A DNA stretch of 64,000 bases. Source: an uncultured Candidatus Rokubacteria bacterium. Its GTDB lineage: Bacteria; Methylomirabilota; Methylomirabilia; Rokubacteriales; CSP1-6. The first letter of the stretch is position 1. Each line of letters begins with the position of its first letter. The notes below the pieces were generated by a model. The model saw only the letters and a list, made by a program, of their open reading frames with translations, had not been told where the DNA came from and did not search any database. Below, piece by piece: positions 49,418-59,142 of this stretch. The position numbers and the translations under genes were made by a program. The stretch is taken from contig CAVWFS010000007.1 of the NCBI GenBank assembly GCA_963754315.1, positions 160,001 through 224,000 of the forward strand, in the 5' to 3' direction.

Positions 49418-50680
49418 TTAGGCGCCCGGAGCCTCGGCCACGCCCGTCACGATGGACGAGGCCGCCTCCGCCTCGAGGACCTTATGCTTGGCGTTTTCCC
49501 CCGGAATTCCATCGGAGATCTCGATGCCACCCATGTCACGCTCGGCCGCAAGCTCCTTTTCATACTGGCCGCGGAAGCGGAAGCCGTGCGAGCGCACGGT
49601 GGCCTGCTTGTCGGAGATCTTGTTGGTCATCCAGACCTTGTAGCCGTCCTTATCTTCGCGCCACATCTCCCACTGGCTCGCGTTGTCCTCGAAGAGCGCC
49701 TCGTTGACCATGGTGATGCAATTCTCGACGGGGCAGACCGCCTCGCACACGCCACAGCCGCAGCACGCTTCCATGTTGGCGTCGAAGGTCGCGTCCGGCA
49801 TGACGTCAAAGCACGAGTCCGGGCAGGCGATCCAGCACAGGTTGCACTTGACGCAGGTGTCGAAGTCGATCACGGGTCGCATGGTCCGCGTCGTGTACTT
49901 CTTGAAGTACGGGTTCCGCTCAGGCACGTACCCCTTCCCGTCCTCCTTCGGCTTGCCCAAGGGGATGGCCGGGATGGTGACCCCCTCGCGCATCTCCCAC
50001 CACTTCGGCATCTCGAAGGAGAACGGCACCTCGTCGTTGCCCTCGGTGATCTTGACCTCGCGCGTCTCCAGCCGGTCGTAGGCCTTGCGGGCGGAGGCGA
50101 CCTTCAAGTCCGAGCCCCACTCGATCTCCTTGATGGCCTGCGCGACCGCGTCGAGGCTGAGAAAGTCGGGCGCGAGCCGGGCGAGAGCCCCGAGGATCCG
50201 AACTTCCGTGTGGTCTTCCTTGTAGACCCAGAGCCCGGAGAACGAGGCCTTGGCACGGATGAGCGTCAGCTTCCAGGGGACGTCCTTCTTGTGAATGTCC
50301 TTGAGGAGGCCATCGAACGATTGCAGCGAGGGCATGAGCACGGTGCCGTTGGGGACGGTCAAGCGGTTGATGGGCTGCAGCCCATACCACGCCCACGACT
50401 CGACGCCCTTGGCCAGGGTGTCATCTAGACACACCGTGATGTCGGTATGCTTTGGCTCGTAGCGAGCCATGTTTTGCTCGAGCTCTTCCTTCGTATCCGC
50501 CACGATGGCGAAGTCCTTGGCGGGAATGCCGTTTCGCTGAGGACTATCCCCGTAGCGCCCGAAGGCAATCCCCCACCGTCCGGCCTTCCGGGCGGACAGC
50601 ACGATGCCCCGCGTGATCCGCGAAGCCAGGTTTTTCTGGAAGATGCCGCGGTACACCACCTCACAGATCAGGGCGGACAT
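49418..50680 (-). CDS. 2-oxoacid:ferredoxin oxidoreductase fused gamma/delta subunit with 2x[4Fe-4S]
   Basis: FGRYGDSPQRNGIP gamma-type motif; MRPVIDFDTCVKCNLCWIACP and CCGCGVCEAVCP ferredoxin motifs. Confidence 0.87.
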   Translation of the reverse strand: MSALICEVVYRGIFQKNLASRITRGIVLSARKAGRWGIAFGRYGDSPQRNGIPAKDFAIVADTKEELEQNMARYEPKHTDITVCLDDTLAKGVESWAWYGLQPINRLTVPNGTVLMPSLQSFDGLLKDIHKKDVPWKLTLIRAKASFSGLWVYKEDHTEVRILGALARLAPDFLSLDAVAQAIKEIEWGSDLKVASARKAYDRLETREVKITEGNDEVPFSFEMPKWWEMREGVTIPAIPLGKPKEDGKGYVPERNPYFKKYTTRTMRPVIDFDTCVKCNLCWIACPDSCFDVMPDATFDANMEACCGCGVCEAVCPVENCITMVNEALFEDNASQWEMWREDKDGYKVWMTNKISDKQATVRSHGFRFRGQYEKELAAERDMGGIEISDGIPGENAKHKVLEAEAASSIVTGVAEAPGA

Positions 50681-50738
50681 TCGTTCCTCCTCGGGCGTTC
50701 CTCATCGGAGGCCTGGTGCGCGGCTCCGTGACGGGCGC

Positions 50739-50786
50739 CGGTCAGATGGCTAGACCAGAGCATACTGGACCTCGTGACGCTGTCAA
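50739..50786 (-). promoter_or_regulatory. Promoter and candidate FadR-type operator of the oxidoreductase-tct operon
   Basis: Minus strand TTGACA (50786-50781), 16 nt, TATGCT (50764-50759), then CTGGTCTAGCCATCTGACCG, resembling TGGTCnnACCA boxes. Confidence 0.65.
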
Positions 50787-50893
50787 GAACTCAATCGTCA
50801 GACGCGGCCTTTTCGAAGTAGAGTGAGCGGTCGGGGCGACCGTTACGGGCTCCCGTCTCGACCGTTACGGGCACCCGTCCAAGGAGGCCTAAC

Positions 50894-51304
50894 GTGAGCA
50901 TGGTACAGGAGTTCCGTGAGTTCGCCATCAAGGGTAACGTGGTCGACCTTGCCGTGGGCGTCATCATCGGGGTAGCCTTCGGCAAGATCGTCAACGCGCT
51001 GGTGACGGGCGTCATCATGCCGCCCATCGGGCTGCTCCTGGGTGGTGTCGACTTTTCCAGCTTCGCGATAACCCTGAAACCGGCCTCGGAAGTGGCCGGC
51101 AAGGCCGTGCCGGCGGTCCTGCTTCAGGTCGGTGTCTTCATCAATACGATCATCGAGTTCGCCATCGTTGCCTTCGCCGTCTTCCTCTTCGTCAAGGCCG
51201 TCAATGCTGCCCGTCGCCAGCCGCCACCTGCTCCCCCGCCGCCCCGCGAGGAGGTCCTGCTGACAGAAATCCGCGACCTCCTGCGGAGCCAGACGCGAAA
51301 GTAA
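50894..51304 (+). CDS. mscL: Large-conductance mechanosensitive channel
   Basis: [46 protein letters not shown]. Confidence 0.97.
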   Translation: MSMVQEFREFAIKGNVVDLAVGVIIGVAFGKIVNALVTGVIMPPIGLLLGGVDFSSFAITLKPASEVAGKAVPAVLLQVGVFINTIIEFAIVAFAVFLFVKAVNAARRQPPPAPPPPREEVLLTEIRDLLRSQTRK

Positions 51305-51337
51305 GCCGATCGTCAGGGCGCTGGTCCGCCTTTTGAG

Positions 51338-52129
51338 TCAATCCACGCGAGCGAGGAGTCCCGTGATGGCCCGCGTGAACTCCGCTGGCTGCTCGATATT
51401 CGACAGGTGCGCGGCCGACTTGATGATCACCAGGTCGGACCCGGCGATCTTTTCGTGCATGGTGCGCGAGGCCGCGACCGGGGTCCCCTGATCGTCCTCG
51501 CCGACCACGATCAAGGTCGGGGTCTTGATGGCCGCGATCTTGTCGGTCAGGTCCAATGCGGAAATGGCTTGGCAGCAGCCCGCGTATCCGGCGGGCTTGG
51601 TGGAGCGAATCATGACCCGAACCCGATCCACCAGATCCTTGTGCGAAGCCACGAAGGGCGCCGTGAACCAGCGATTGATGGTGGGCTCGACCAGCGGCTC
51701 CATGCCCTGCGTTTCGGCGGTCTTGATGCGCTCGGCCCACAGGGGCTTCGCCTCGGCGGGTATCCGGCTCGAGGTGTCACACAGGCTTAGGCTCGAGAAC
51801 AGGCTGGGAGACCCGAGGGCCAGGGTCTGCCCGATCATGCCCCCCATCGACAGGCCGATCCAGTGCGTGCGCGTGATGCCGAGCGCGCTCAACAGCGCCT
51901 TGGCGTCCGCGGCAAGCTGGTCGAGCGTATAGGCCCCCGCCGGCGCATCGGTCCCGCCGTGGCCGCGGGTGTCGTAGCGCAGCACCCGGTAGCGCGCGGT
52001 GAGCGTCGCCATCTGGGGGTCCCACATCGACAGGTCGGTCGCCAGCGAGTGGCTCAGGGTGACGACAGGGGCCTGAGGAGGGCCATCGAGGGTGTAGTTG
52101 ACCGTAATCCCGTTTGCGCTGATCTTCAT
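51338..52129 (-). CDS. pcaD: Alpha/beta hydrolase, 3-oxoadipate enol-lactonase-like
   Basis: LSHSLATDLSMWDPQ, YDTRGHG, GLSMGG nucleophile elbow, AAHLSNIEQ. Confidence 0.75.
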   Translation of the reverse strand: MKISANGITVNYTLDGPPQAPVVTLSHSLATDLSMWDPQMATLTARYRVLRYDTRGHGGTDAPAGAYTLDQLAADAKALLSALGITRTHWIGLSMGGMIGQTLALGSPSLFSSLSLCDTSSRIPAEAKPLWAERIKTAETQGMEPLVEPTINRWFTAPFVASHKDLVDRVRVMIRSTKPAGYAGCCQAISALDLTDKIAAIKTPTLIVVGEDDQGTPVAASRTMHEKIAGSDLVIIKSAAHLSNIEQPAEFTRAITGLLARVD

Positions 52130-52192
52130 GACTCGCCTCCTGGTTCGATGGCAGCGCGCGCGGCTGCGCGCCCGCATCCAGTGGTGATGGCT

Positions 52193-52825
52193 CTATGAAG
52201 TGGTGCCATTGCTGGAGGTTGCCGGCGGGCCCCCCATACGCTGGGCGACCAGCTGACAGAAGTAGCGATGAACGGCCAGGTCATCGGTCAATTCTGGATG
52301 GAACGTCGCCACCAGGACGCTCCCTTCCCTGGCCATGACGGGTTCTCCACCCCGGGTCGCCAGCACGGCTACGTGGCTACCCAGGCGACGGATTCGGGGC
52401 GCGCGGATGAAGACCATCTCGAGCGGAGTAACGCTCCCGTCCAAGATGGCCTCCCCGCGCTCCTCGAATGACTCGCGTTGCCGTCCGTAGGCATTGCGTT
52501 CCACGGTGGCATCGATGAATCCGAGCGAGAACTGTCGGGGATTCTCGACCTCGGCGGCCAGCAGGATCAACCCCGCGCACGTGCCGAAGATGGGTCGCCC
52601 GGCAGCATGGAACTCCCGCAGGGCAGGCACGAACCCCCAGTCCTCCATCAGCTTGAGGAGGGTCGTGCTCTCGCCGCCCGGCACGATGAGACCGTCGAGG
52701 GCGGCGAGCTCCTCGGGCTTGCGCACTTGCACGCTCTCGACGCCGCAGCGCGCGAGGGCCGCGCCGTGAGCCTCAAAATCGCCCTGGAGGGCGAGGACGC
52801 CGATTCTCGGCGATCTACCAGCCAC
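52193..52825 (-). CDS. pdxT: Pyridoxal 5'-phosphate synthase glutaminase subunit
   Basis: [33 protein letters not shown]. Confidence 0.97.
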   Translation of the reverse strand: MAGRSPRIGVLALQGDFEAHGAALARCGVESVQVRKPEELAALDGLIVPGGESTTLLKLMEDWGFVPALREFHAAGRPIFGTCAGLILLAAEVENPRQFSLGFIDATVERNAYGRQRESFEERGEAILDGSVTPLEMVFIRAPRIRRLGSHVAVLATRGGEPVMAREGSVLVATFHPELTDDLAVHRYFCQLVAQRMGGPPATSSNGTTS

Positions 52826-53711
52826 GAGTCTGGAGCAGCTCGTCCTTGTTCATCTTCGCCACGTCGAGACCGGGCATGGCGTCGCCGAGCTCCTCGCTCA
52901 CCCGTGCGAGGACGTCGGCGTCCTTGTAATGCGTGGTGGCCTGCACGATGGCCTTGGCGCGCTTGGCCGGATCCGACGACTTGAAGACCCCGGACCCCAC
53001 GAAGACGGCCTCCGCCCCCAGCTGCATCATGAGCGCGGCGTCTGCTGGTGTGGCCACCCCGCCCGCCGAAAAGTTCGGGACGGGAAGCCGCCCGGTCTTG
53101 GCGATCCAGCGGATGAGCTCATAGGGCGCGCCGAGGTTCTTGGCCTCAGTCATCAACTCCTCGGGGCCGAGGGAGGCGAGGCGACGGATTCCACCCACCA
53201 CGGCTCGCATGTGACGGACGGCTTCCACGATGTTCCCGGAACCGGCCTCACCCTTGGTACGGATCATGGCCGCTCCCTCGCCGATGCGGCGCAAGGCCTC
53301 GCCGAGGTCACGCGCCCCGCACACGAAGGGAACCCGGAAGGCCATCTTGTCGATGTGGAAGTGCTCATCGGCTGGCGTCAGGACCTCGGACTCGTCCACG
53401 AAGTCGACCCCCAGCGATTCGAGGATCTGCGCCTCGACGAAGTGGCCGATACGCGCCTTGGCCATCACCGGGATGGTTACGGTCCGTTGAATCTCACGGA
53501 TCTTGGCCACCGCGGCCATCCGCGCCACGCCACCTTCCTTGCGGATGTCGGCCGGCACGCGCTCGAGCGCCATCACCGAGGCCGCGCCCGCGTCCTCGGC
53601 AATCTTGGCCTGCTCGGCATTGGTGACGTCCATGATCACGCCACCCTTCAGCATCTCGGCTAGGCCGATGTGCTTGCGATCCGCGATACGTAGCTCGCCC
53701 AGTTCAGTCAT
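52815..53711 (-). CDS. pdxS: Pyridoxal 5'-phosphate synthase lyase subunit
   Basis: [45 protein letters not shown] follows an AAAGGAG SD. Confidence 0.98.
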   Translation of the reverse strand: MTELGELRIADRKHIGLAEMLKGGVIMDVTNAEQAKIAEDAGAASVMALERVPADIRKEGGVARMAAVAKIREIQRTVTIPVMAKARIGHFVEAQILESLGVDFVDESEVLTPADEHFHIDKMAFRVPFVCGARDLGEALRRIGEGAAMIRTKGEAGSGNIVEAVRHMRAVVGGIRRLASLGPEELMTEAKNLGAPYELIRWIAKTGRLPVPNFSAGGVATPADAALMMQLGAEAVFVGSGVFKSSDPAKRAKAIVQATTHYKDADVLARVSEELGDAMPGLDVAKMNKDELLQTRGW

Positions 53712-53734
53712 TGTGGTCTCCTTTCTCGACATCC

Positions 53735-55264
53735 TCAGACGACAGGTACGGCGACCCCCTCGCCAGCTCGGCGCCCGAGGGGGCGCCGCTGTACGGCACG
53801 AATCGTCTCGACCAGCCTTCTCACGCCCTCGTCGATGCGGCTCGTCGCCACCGAGGAGAAGGACAGCCGCAAGGTCCGTTCGCCGCTGCCGTCGACGAAG
53901 AACGGATCACCGGGTGTGAAGGCGACGCCACGCTCGATGGCGGCGGGGAGAAGCGCGGTTGCCCGCAGACCGCTAGGCAGGGTGAGAAGAAGGGAGAAGC
54001 CCCCGCGGGGCTCCGTCCACTCTGTCCCTTCCGGCGCCCGGCGCTTGAGCGATCCCACGAGCAGATCGCGCCGACGGCCGTATTCGCGCGCCACCCGCGC
54101 CACGTGGCGGTCGAGCAGACGCCGGTCGCAAAAGCGATGCACGGCCGCCTGGATCAAGGCGCTGGTATGCAGGTCAGCCAGCTGCTTGGCGGTCTGCAAG
54201 CGTTCACGAAGGGCGGCGGGCGCGACGACCCAGCCGAGCCGGAGTCCCGGGAAGAGAATCTTGGAGAACGTGCCGATGTAGATGACCACACCCTCCCGAT
54301 CGGACGCCTTGAGGGGGGCCACGGGGCGGGCGCCGTAGTACAGGCTTCCGTCGAAGCCATCCTCGACGATGGGCACCTGGTGGCGGCTGGCGGCCGTCAG
54401 CAGGCGTCTGCCGGCGGGAGGGGTGATGACCATCCCGGTGGGATTGTGCGCGCTCGGCTGGCAGTAGAAGAGCTTAGCCGGGTGACGCTCGAGCAGCCGT
54501 TCCAGCACGTCGGCGCGCGGACCCTCGCCGTCCCAGGGCACGGCGAGGAGTTGAGCCCCGAACGATCGGAACACCTCCATGGCGCGTGGGTAGGTCGGTT
54601 GCTCGATGGCGATCACGTCGCCGGGATCGAGCAAGGTGCGCGCGATCAGGTCGAAACCCTGCTGGGAGCCGTTCACGATGAGGATCTCCTCGGGACGGGC
54701 CTCGATGCCGACGCGGAGGAGATAGGTGCTCAGGTATTGACGGAGCGGAGGATAGCCGCCCGTCGGATAGTACTGGAGCAGAGCGTCGCCTTCGTCACGG
54801 ATGACGCCGTTCAGCACCTTGCGAAACGCATCAGTGGGGAAGAGATCGCTATCCGGCATGCCGCCCGCGAACGAGATGACGGAGCTAGGCAGACCGGTAG
54901 GCGCGCCGAGAGCTCGGCGCCGCTCCTCGTCGGCCCCGATGATCCGGGCGCTGCGTGAAAACAAACCCGACCAGTCGATAGCGGGCGGACTCAGGGGTTC
55001 CGCCGACGGGGCCGGCGCCGCTCCTTGCCGGGGAGCCACGAACGTCCCCTGTCCCACGTGGGCATGGGCCAGGCCCGCCGCCACCAGCTCTTCGTAGGCC
55101 AGGGAGACGGTGGCTCGGTTGACACCCAGGGTCTCGGCCAGCTCGCGGGTGGCTGGCAACTTCACGCCCGGCGCGAGCAAGCGGGTCTGGATGAGTCGTT
55201 CGATCTCGGCCTCGATCTGGCGGGCCAACGGGATCGGCTTGCTGCGATCGAGCTGGATATGCAT
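53735..55264 (-). CDS. MocR/GabR-family PLP-dependent regulator (PdxR-like by context)
   Basis: GntR wHTH ([19 protein letters not shown]) plus an aminotransferase domain ([19 protein letters not shown]); directly upstream of pdxST. Confidence 0.9.
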   Translation of the reverse strand: MHIQLDRSKPIPLARQIEAEIERLIQTRLLAPGVKLPATRELAETLGVNRATVSLAYEELVAAGLAHAHVGQGTFVAPRQGAAPAPSAEPLSPPAIDWSGLFSRSARIIGADEERRRALGAPTGLPSSVISFAGGMPDSDLFPTDAFRKVLNGVIRDEGDALLQYYPTGGYPPLRQYLSTYLLRVGIEARPEEILIVNGSQQGFDLIARTLLDPGDVIAIEQPTYPRAMEVFRSFGAQLLAVPWDGEGPRADVLERLLERHPAKLFYCQPSAHNPTGMVITPPAGRRLLTAASRHQVPIVEDGFDGSLYYGARPVAPLKASDREGVVIYIGTFSKILFPGLRLGWVVAPAALRERLQTAKQLADLHTSALIQAAVHRFCDRRLLDRHVARVAREYGRRRDLLVGSLKRRAPEGTEWTEPRGGFSLLLTLPSGLRATALLPAAIERGVAFTPGDPFFVDGSGERTLRLSFSSVATSRIDEGVRRLVETIRAVQRRPLGRRAGEGVAVPVV

Positions 55265-55269
55265 GCCCC

Positions 55270-55311
55270 GCCATTTTGGCGTTGTTTTGATCATCGTCAA
55301 GCGCCAATTGG
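55270..55311 (-). promoter_or_regulatory. Candidate promoter and inverted-repeat operator of the MocR-pdxST unit
   Basis: Minus strand TTGACG (55300-55295), 16 nt, CAAAAT (55278-55273). Near-palindrome GCCATTTTGGC (55270-55280) and palindrome CCAATTGG (55304-55311). Confidence 0.5.
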
Positions 55312-55424
55312 TATGGTGCGCACCCAGCCAAACTCGGGGCGGGGCGAGGAGCCCGGCCGTTGAGCCGTATAATTACTCCGGGCGGCGACGAGGGCGTGAT
55401 GCCGCCGAATCGGAGGTCGACGAC

Positions 55425-55604
55425 ATGAGTGTGGGCGAGGCGCCCCTGAAGCAAGCGGTCAAATGGCTTGACGAGCAGTTACGCGACAACGCGAACGCGA
55501 CCCGGGCCACGCTCGTGGACGCCGCCTCGCACCGCTTCGATCTCTCCCCTCTCGACGCGGAATTCTTGTACCGGCATCTGGCGTCTCGGACGCCGCGCGC
55601 GTGA
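55425..55604 (+). CDS. Small hypothetical protein (59 aa)
   Basis: GGAGG SD and TATAAT at 55368-55373. MSVGEAPLKQAVKWLDEQ..RFDLSPLDAEFLYR; the stop overlaps the next GTG. Confidence 0.75.
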   Translation: MSVGEAPLKQAVKWLDEQLRDNANATRATLVDAASHRFDLSPLDAEFLYRHLASRTPRA

Positions 55605-56374
55605 GCACGGGGCATACTCGGCTCGTCCAGGAGCAGTTCGGACGTAGCGCGGACGCTTACGTCGCCAGCGCCGGTCATGCGGGTGGAGACGATCTCGAGC
55701 GGCTGGTGGCGTGGGGTCGGTCCTACCAGCCGCAGCGCCTGCTCGATGTCGCGACCGGCGCCGGCCACACGGCGCTCGCGTTCGCCGGGTTCGTCGAGCG
55801 AGTCTGCGCCTTTGATCTCACCTCCCCCATGCTGGCCGTGGCTCGGCGTTTTCTCCACGAGAGCGGCGTCGTCAACGTGACGTTCACGGTGGGTGACGTG
55901 GAAGCCTTGCCCTTCCGCGGCATCTTCGATGTCGCGACGTGTCGCATCGCGGCTCATCACTTCGCCAACGTGGGCCCTGCCGTGCGTCAGATTGCTCAGG
56001 CGCTGCGGCCGGGCGGGGCCCTTCTGCTTCAGGACATCCTGGGTCACGACGATCCAGCCGCCAACGCCTTCGTGCTCCAGGTCGAGCGGCGCCGCGATCC
56101 GTCACACGTGCGTGCCTACCGTGCGGTGGAGTGGAATGCCCTCCTGCGCGGCGCGGGTCTCACCGTCATGGAGGAGGCCGTTGTCACCAAACGGCGCCCG
56201 TGGGCCGAGTGGACCGGTCGGATGCGCATGAGCGAAGACGCTCGGCGTTCCCTCGAACGATTCGTGCGCGAGGCCCCGGAAGCCTGTCGCGCGGCGTTCG
56301 ACTTCCGTCTGAGCGCGGACGGCGTGGAGTCTTTCACCGATCGAATGATCCTCCTCCGGGCCGAGCGCGACTAA
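55601..56374 (+). CDS. Class I SAM-dependent methyltransferase
   Basis: LLDVATGAGHT motif I, GDVEALPF, CRIAAHHF, LRPGG, RDPSHVR. Confidence 0.92.
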   Translation: MSTGHTRLVQEQFGRSADAYVASAGHAGGDDLERLVAWGRSYQPQRLLDVATGAGHTALAFAGFVERVCAFDLTSPMLAVARRFLHESGVVNVTFTVGDVEALPFRGIFDVATCRIAAHHFANVGPAVRQIAQALRPGGALLLQDILGHDDPAANAFVLQVERRRDPSHVRAYRAVEWNALLRGAGLTVMEEAVVTKRRPWAEWTGRMRMSEDARRSLERFVREAPEACRAAFDFRLSADGVESFTDRMILLRAERD

Positions 56375-56378
56375 CCAT

Positions 56379-56603
56379 ATGGGGGGCCTCGAAAGGGCCC
56401 CCCAGGCCCCCCGACGTTCGGAGTGCCCCGGGGAACCCGTGGCACCCCTCTGGATTACGCCAGCCTTCTGGGGCCTCGGCGGCCCCCCGATCCCCTGGGG
56501 CCTCGAAAGGGCCCCCCAGGCCCCCCGAACGTTCGGGGTGCCCCGGGGAACCCGTGGCCCCCCTCTGGATCATGCCAGCTTCGGGCCTCGAAAGGGTCCC
56601 CGA
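56379..56603. repeat. Double-hairpin repeat cluster (family A): two full and two partial copies
   Basis: GGGGCCTCGAAAGGGCCCCCCAGGCCCCCCG(A)ACGTTCGG(A/G)GTGCCCCGGGGAACCCGTGGC(A/C)CCCCTCTGGAT at ~56379 and ~56496; first-hairpin-only copies at ~56469 and ~56583. Confidence 0.9.
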
Positions 56604-56613
56604 TCGGAACGGA

Positions 56614-56907
56614 TCAGGACGCCTCCGGGCGCTGGGGATGTATGAGCACGAGCGTTGCTCCCCAACCACCGCGTTCGGGCGGCGCGTCGATGTGGGCGGC
56701 CACCAAGGGGTGGCGGGCCAGGAGCGCGCGGACTGAGGCCCGTTGCGCTCCGGTCCCTCGCCCGTGGATTAACCGGACTTCCCGGAAGCCTTGCGCCTGA
56801 GCAGCACGCAGGTACTCGTCGACCACCGAGCGAACGTCGGCCGGCGCGAAGGCGTGCAAGTCGAGTGCGTCCTCGATGGGGATGCGAATCGGCTCGTCGG
56901 TGTCCAT
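56614..56907 (-). CDS. Standalone Smr/MutS2 domain protein
   Basis: LDLHAF, VRLIHGRGTG, GGWGATLV. Confidence 0.9.
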   Translation of the reverse strand: MDTDEPIRIPIEDALDLHAFAPADVRSVVDEYLRAAQAQGFREVRLIHGRGTGAQRASVRALLARHPLVAAHIDAPPERGGWGATLVLIHPQRPEAS

Positions 56908-57008
56908 CCGGCGCGGGGTCGAGGCGCCGGCTACAGGCGCGGTCCGGCCATCACGTGCTGCTGCCAGTGCTCGAAGCTCAGGAGATCCTCCCCCGAGAGC
57001 TTGCACTG

Positions 57009-57410
57009 TCAGAAGGTCGCAGCACGCTCGAAGAATCCCACATCGACAATCCCCACGCCTTCCGCGCGCGCCGTCTCGGCTACCTTCTGGGTCACCATCT
57101 GGCGCACGAAGGGGATGGGGATCCGTCCCAGCCGGTGCAGCACGTCGTCGGTGCAGCGGATCCGCGTTCCGGGGAGGACGGGACCCTCGACCACCGCGTC
57201 GGGCTCCTCGTGCTCGCACGAGTGAGGCACCAGTTGCTGGAGCCGGAGCGATACGTAGTCGGTCACCCAGCTCTGAAGGTGGCCCTTGGCCGCCTCGGCA
57301 TCCACCGCGGTGCGGTCGACCTTGTCTCCAAGCGAGAGGAGCAGCTGTTCCAGGCGGGCCAGCCGCGACTCGAGCGTCGCCAGCCGCTGATCGAGAATGG
57401 GGTCAGTCAT
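57009..57410 (-). CDS. Hypothetical protein: coiled coil plus PCP_red-like C-terminal domain
   Basis: Heptad-like LDQRLATLESRLARLEQLL; C-terminal RLGRIPIPFVRQMVTQKVAETARAEG resembles the protochlorophyllide-reductase C-terminal domain. Confidence 0.65.
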   Translation of the reverse strand: MTDPILDQRLATLESRLARLEQLLLSLGDKVDRTAVDAEAAKGHLQSWVTDYVSLRLQQLVPHSCEHEEPDAVVEGPVLPGTRIRCTDDVLHRLGRIPIPFVRQMVTQKVAETARAEGVGIVDVGFFERAATF

Positions 57411-57455
57411 GCCTCGGTGTCTCCCGTGATGCGTGCAGTGTCGAGGAGCGGAATG

Positions 57456-58874
57456 TTAGGCCGCCGTCTCGCCCGGCCGCCGGGTGTGCCAGTCGGTCGC
57501 ACGCTGATAGGCATCGGCGACTCTCAGGATCGTGGCCTCGTCGAAGGGACGCCCGATGATTTGCAGTCCGATGGGGAGTCCCTCGGTCGAGAACCCGCAC
57601 GGGATCGAGCACGCCGGATGACCGGACAAGTTGAACGGCCGCGTGAACGCGATCAAGGCTCCCCGTACGTCGGACCGCACGTCGCCGATGGCCACTTGGG
57701 ACTGCCCGACCGGCGTGGCCGTGATGGGTGTGCTTGGTGCCACCAGAACATCACGCCGGGCGAGAAGGCGGTCGATCTCGTCCCGTACCGCTCCGCGGAA
57801 CTGCTGGGCGCGTACGTACTGCGGTCCCGAGATGAATGCGCCCAGCCGCAGCCGCTCACGCACGTCGCGCTGGTAGTCTCCGGGTTGCCGGCGCAGCCAA
57901 GGAGCATGATAGGCGAACGCCTCGGACGCCACGATCGCCGCCGCCGCGGCCGGCACATGCTCGATCGACTCAAGCCGAACTTCGTCCACCACCGCTCCCA
58001 GCTGCTCGAGCCTGCGTAGAGCCTCGCCCACTGCGGTCTGCACCGCCGGCGCGGCGGCTTCGAGGAAATCGGCGCCTAGAGCTCCCACGCGCAACCCCGT
58101 GATGGTGCCGGTCAGGGCCGCCCTGTAGTCGGGCACGGGGAGCACGCTGGTGCTGGGATCGGCTGGATCGTAGCCGGCCATCGCGGCGAGGACGAGAGCG
58201 GCGTCAGCAGCCGAGCGCGTCATGGGGCCGACGTGGTCCATGGACCACGCGAGGGGAAGCACGCCGGCACGGCTCGCGCGTCCATAGGTCGGTTTGAGGC
58301 CGGTGATTCCACAGAGCGACGCGGGGATCCGGATAGAGCCGCCCGTGTCGGAGCCGAGAGCAATCGGACAGAGCCCAGCCGCCACGGCGGCGCCCGAGCC
58401 CGACGAGGACCCCCCGGCGATGCGATGAACGAGGGGATCCCATGGATTGCGAGCGTGACCGTAGTGGTCGTTGAGCCCCTCGGGGCCATACGCAAACTCG
58501 TGCATGTTGAGCTTGCCCAGCACCACGGCGCCAGCCGCCCGGAGCCGGGCTACCACAGTGGCGTCAGCCTCGGGAACCCGGTCGCCGAGGATCTTCCGGG
58601 CGCCGCCCGTCGTGCGCACGCCCCGAGTGTCGAAGAGGTCCTTCAAGCCGACGGGCACGCCGTGCAGTGGCCCTAGGGCGCGTCCGGCCATGAGAGCCTG
58701 CTCGGCCTCGCGCGCCGCCTCCAGCGCGCCCTCCTCGCAGACCGTGATGAAGGCGGCCAGACCACGGTCGAGAGCCGCAATGCGATCGAGATGGGCACGC
58801 ACGACCTCGATCGGCGATACCTCCTTGCCGGCGATCAGCCGGGCGAGGTCGCCGGCCTCTGCCCACACCAGCAC
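57456..58874 (-). CDS. Amidase-signature family enzyme (GatA/AtzE-like)
   Basis: GPLHGVPVGLKD, GKLNMHEFA, GGSSSGSG, GSDTGGSIRIPA. Exact start uncertain. Confidence 0.92.
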   Translation of the reverse strand: MLVWAEAGDLARLIAGKEVSPIEVVRAHLDRIAALDRGLAAFITVCEEGALEAAREAEQALMAGRALGPLHGVPVGLKDLFDTRGVRTTGGARKILGDRVPEADATVVARLRAAGAVVLGKLNMHEFAYGPEGLNDHYGHARNPWDPLVHRIAGGSSSGSGAAVAAGLCPIALGSDTGGSIRIPASLCGITGLKPTYGRASRAGVLPLAWSMDHVGPMTRSAADAALVLAAMAGYDPADPSTSVLPVPDYRAALTGTITGLRVGALGADFLEAAAPAVQTAVGEALRRLEQLGAVVDEVRLESIEHVPAAAAAIVASEAFAYHAPWLRRQPGDYQRDVRERLRLGAFISGPQYVRAQQFRGAVRDEIDRLLARRDVLVAPSTPITATPVGQSQVAIGDVRSDVRGALIAFTRPFNLSGHPACSIPCGFSTEGLPIGLQIIGRPFDEATILRVADAYQRATDWHTRRPGETAA

Positions 58875-58903
58875 TCATGGCGTCCGCTCATCGTCATACG
58901 CGC

Positions 58904-59083
58904 TCAGAGTATCCGATAGTGTGTGGCCGGTTCGGCCGACGCGAGCGGGAGCGCCTCCAGGCGTTCGAGCATCTCGAGCGTCCGCGCAACGACGGGCACC
59001 AATGCCTGCAACTCATCCTGGTTGAGGGCGAGCCCCGCCGCCCGTGCCAGGCTCTCCACCTTCGCGGGAGTCGTCGATTCCAT
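58904..59083 (-). CDS. Small GatC/AtzG-like amidase partner protein
   Basis: VESLARAAGLALNQDEL..LERLEALPLASAEPA pattern, immediately upstream of the amidase. Confidence 0.65.
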   Translation of the reverse strand: MESTTPAKVESLARAAGLALNQDELQALVPVVARTLEMLERLEALPLASAEPATHYRIL

Positions 59084-59142
59084 GGGCGGGAGAATACCGG
59101 CCTCGGCGCTGGGCGGCAAGGGCCGGGTTAGAATTGAGCGAC

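Noticed and set aside
51338..52129. A beta-ketoadipate pathway locus
   Set aside because: The pcaD-like hydrolase is alone, with no other pca or cat genes in the window.
57456..59083. Calling the amidase pair gatA/gatC
   Set aside because: There is no gatB, and the sequence (HEFAYGPEG) looks like a catabolic amidase. The amidase start may also be affected by an indel near 58875, which I cannot resolve.
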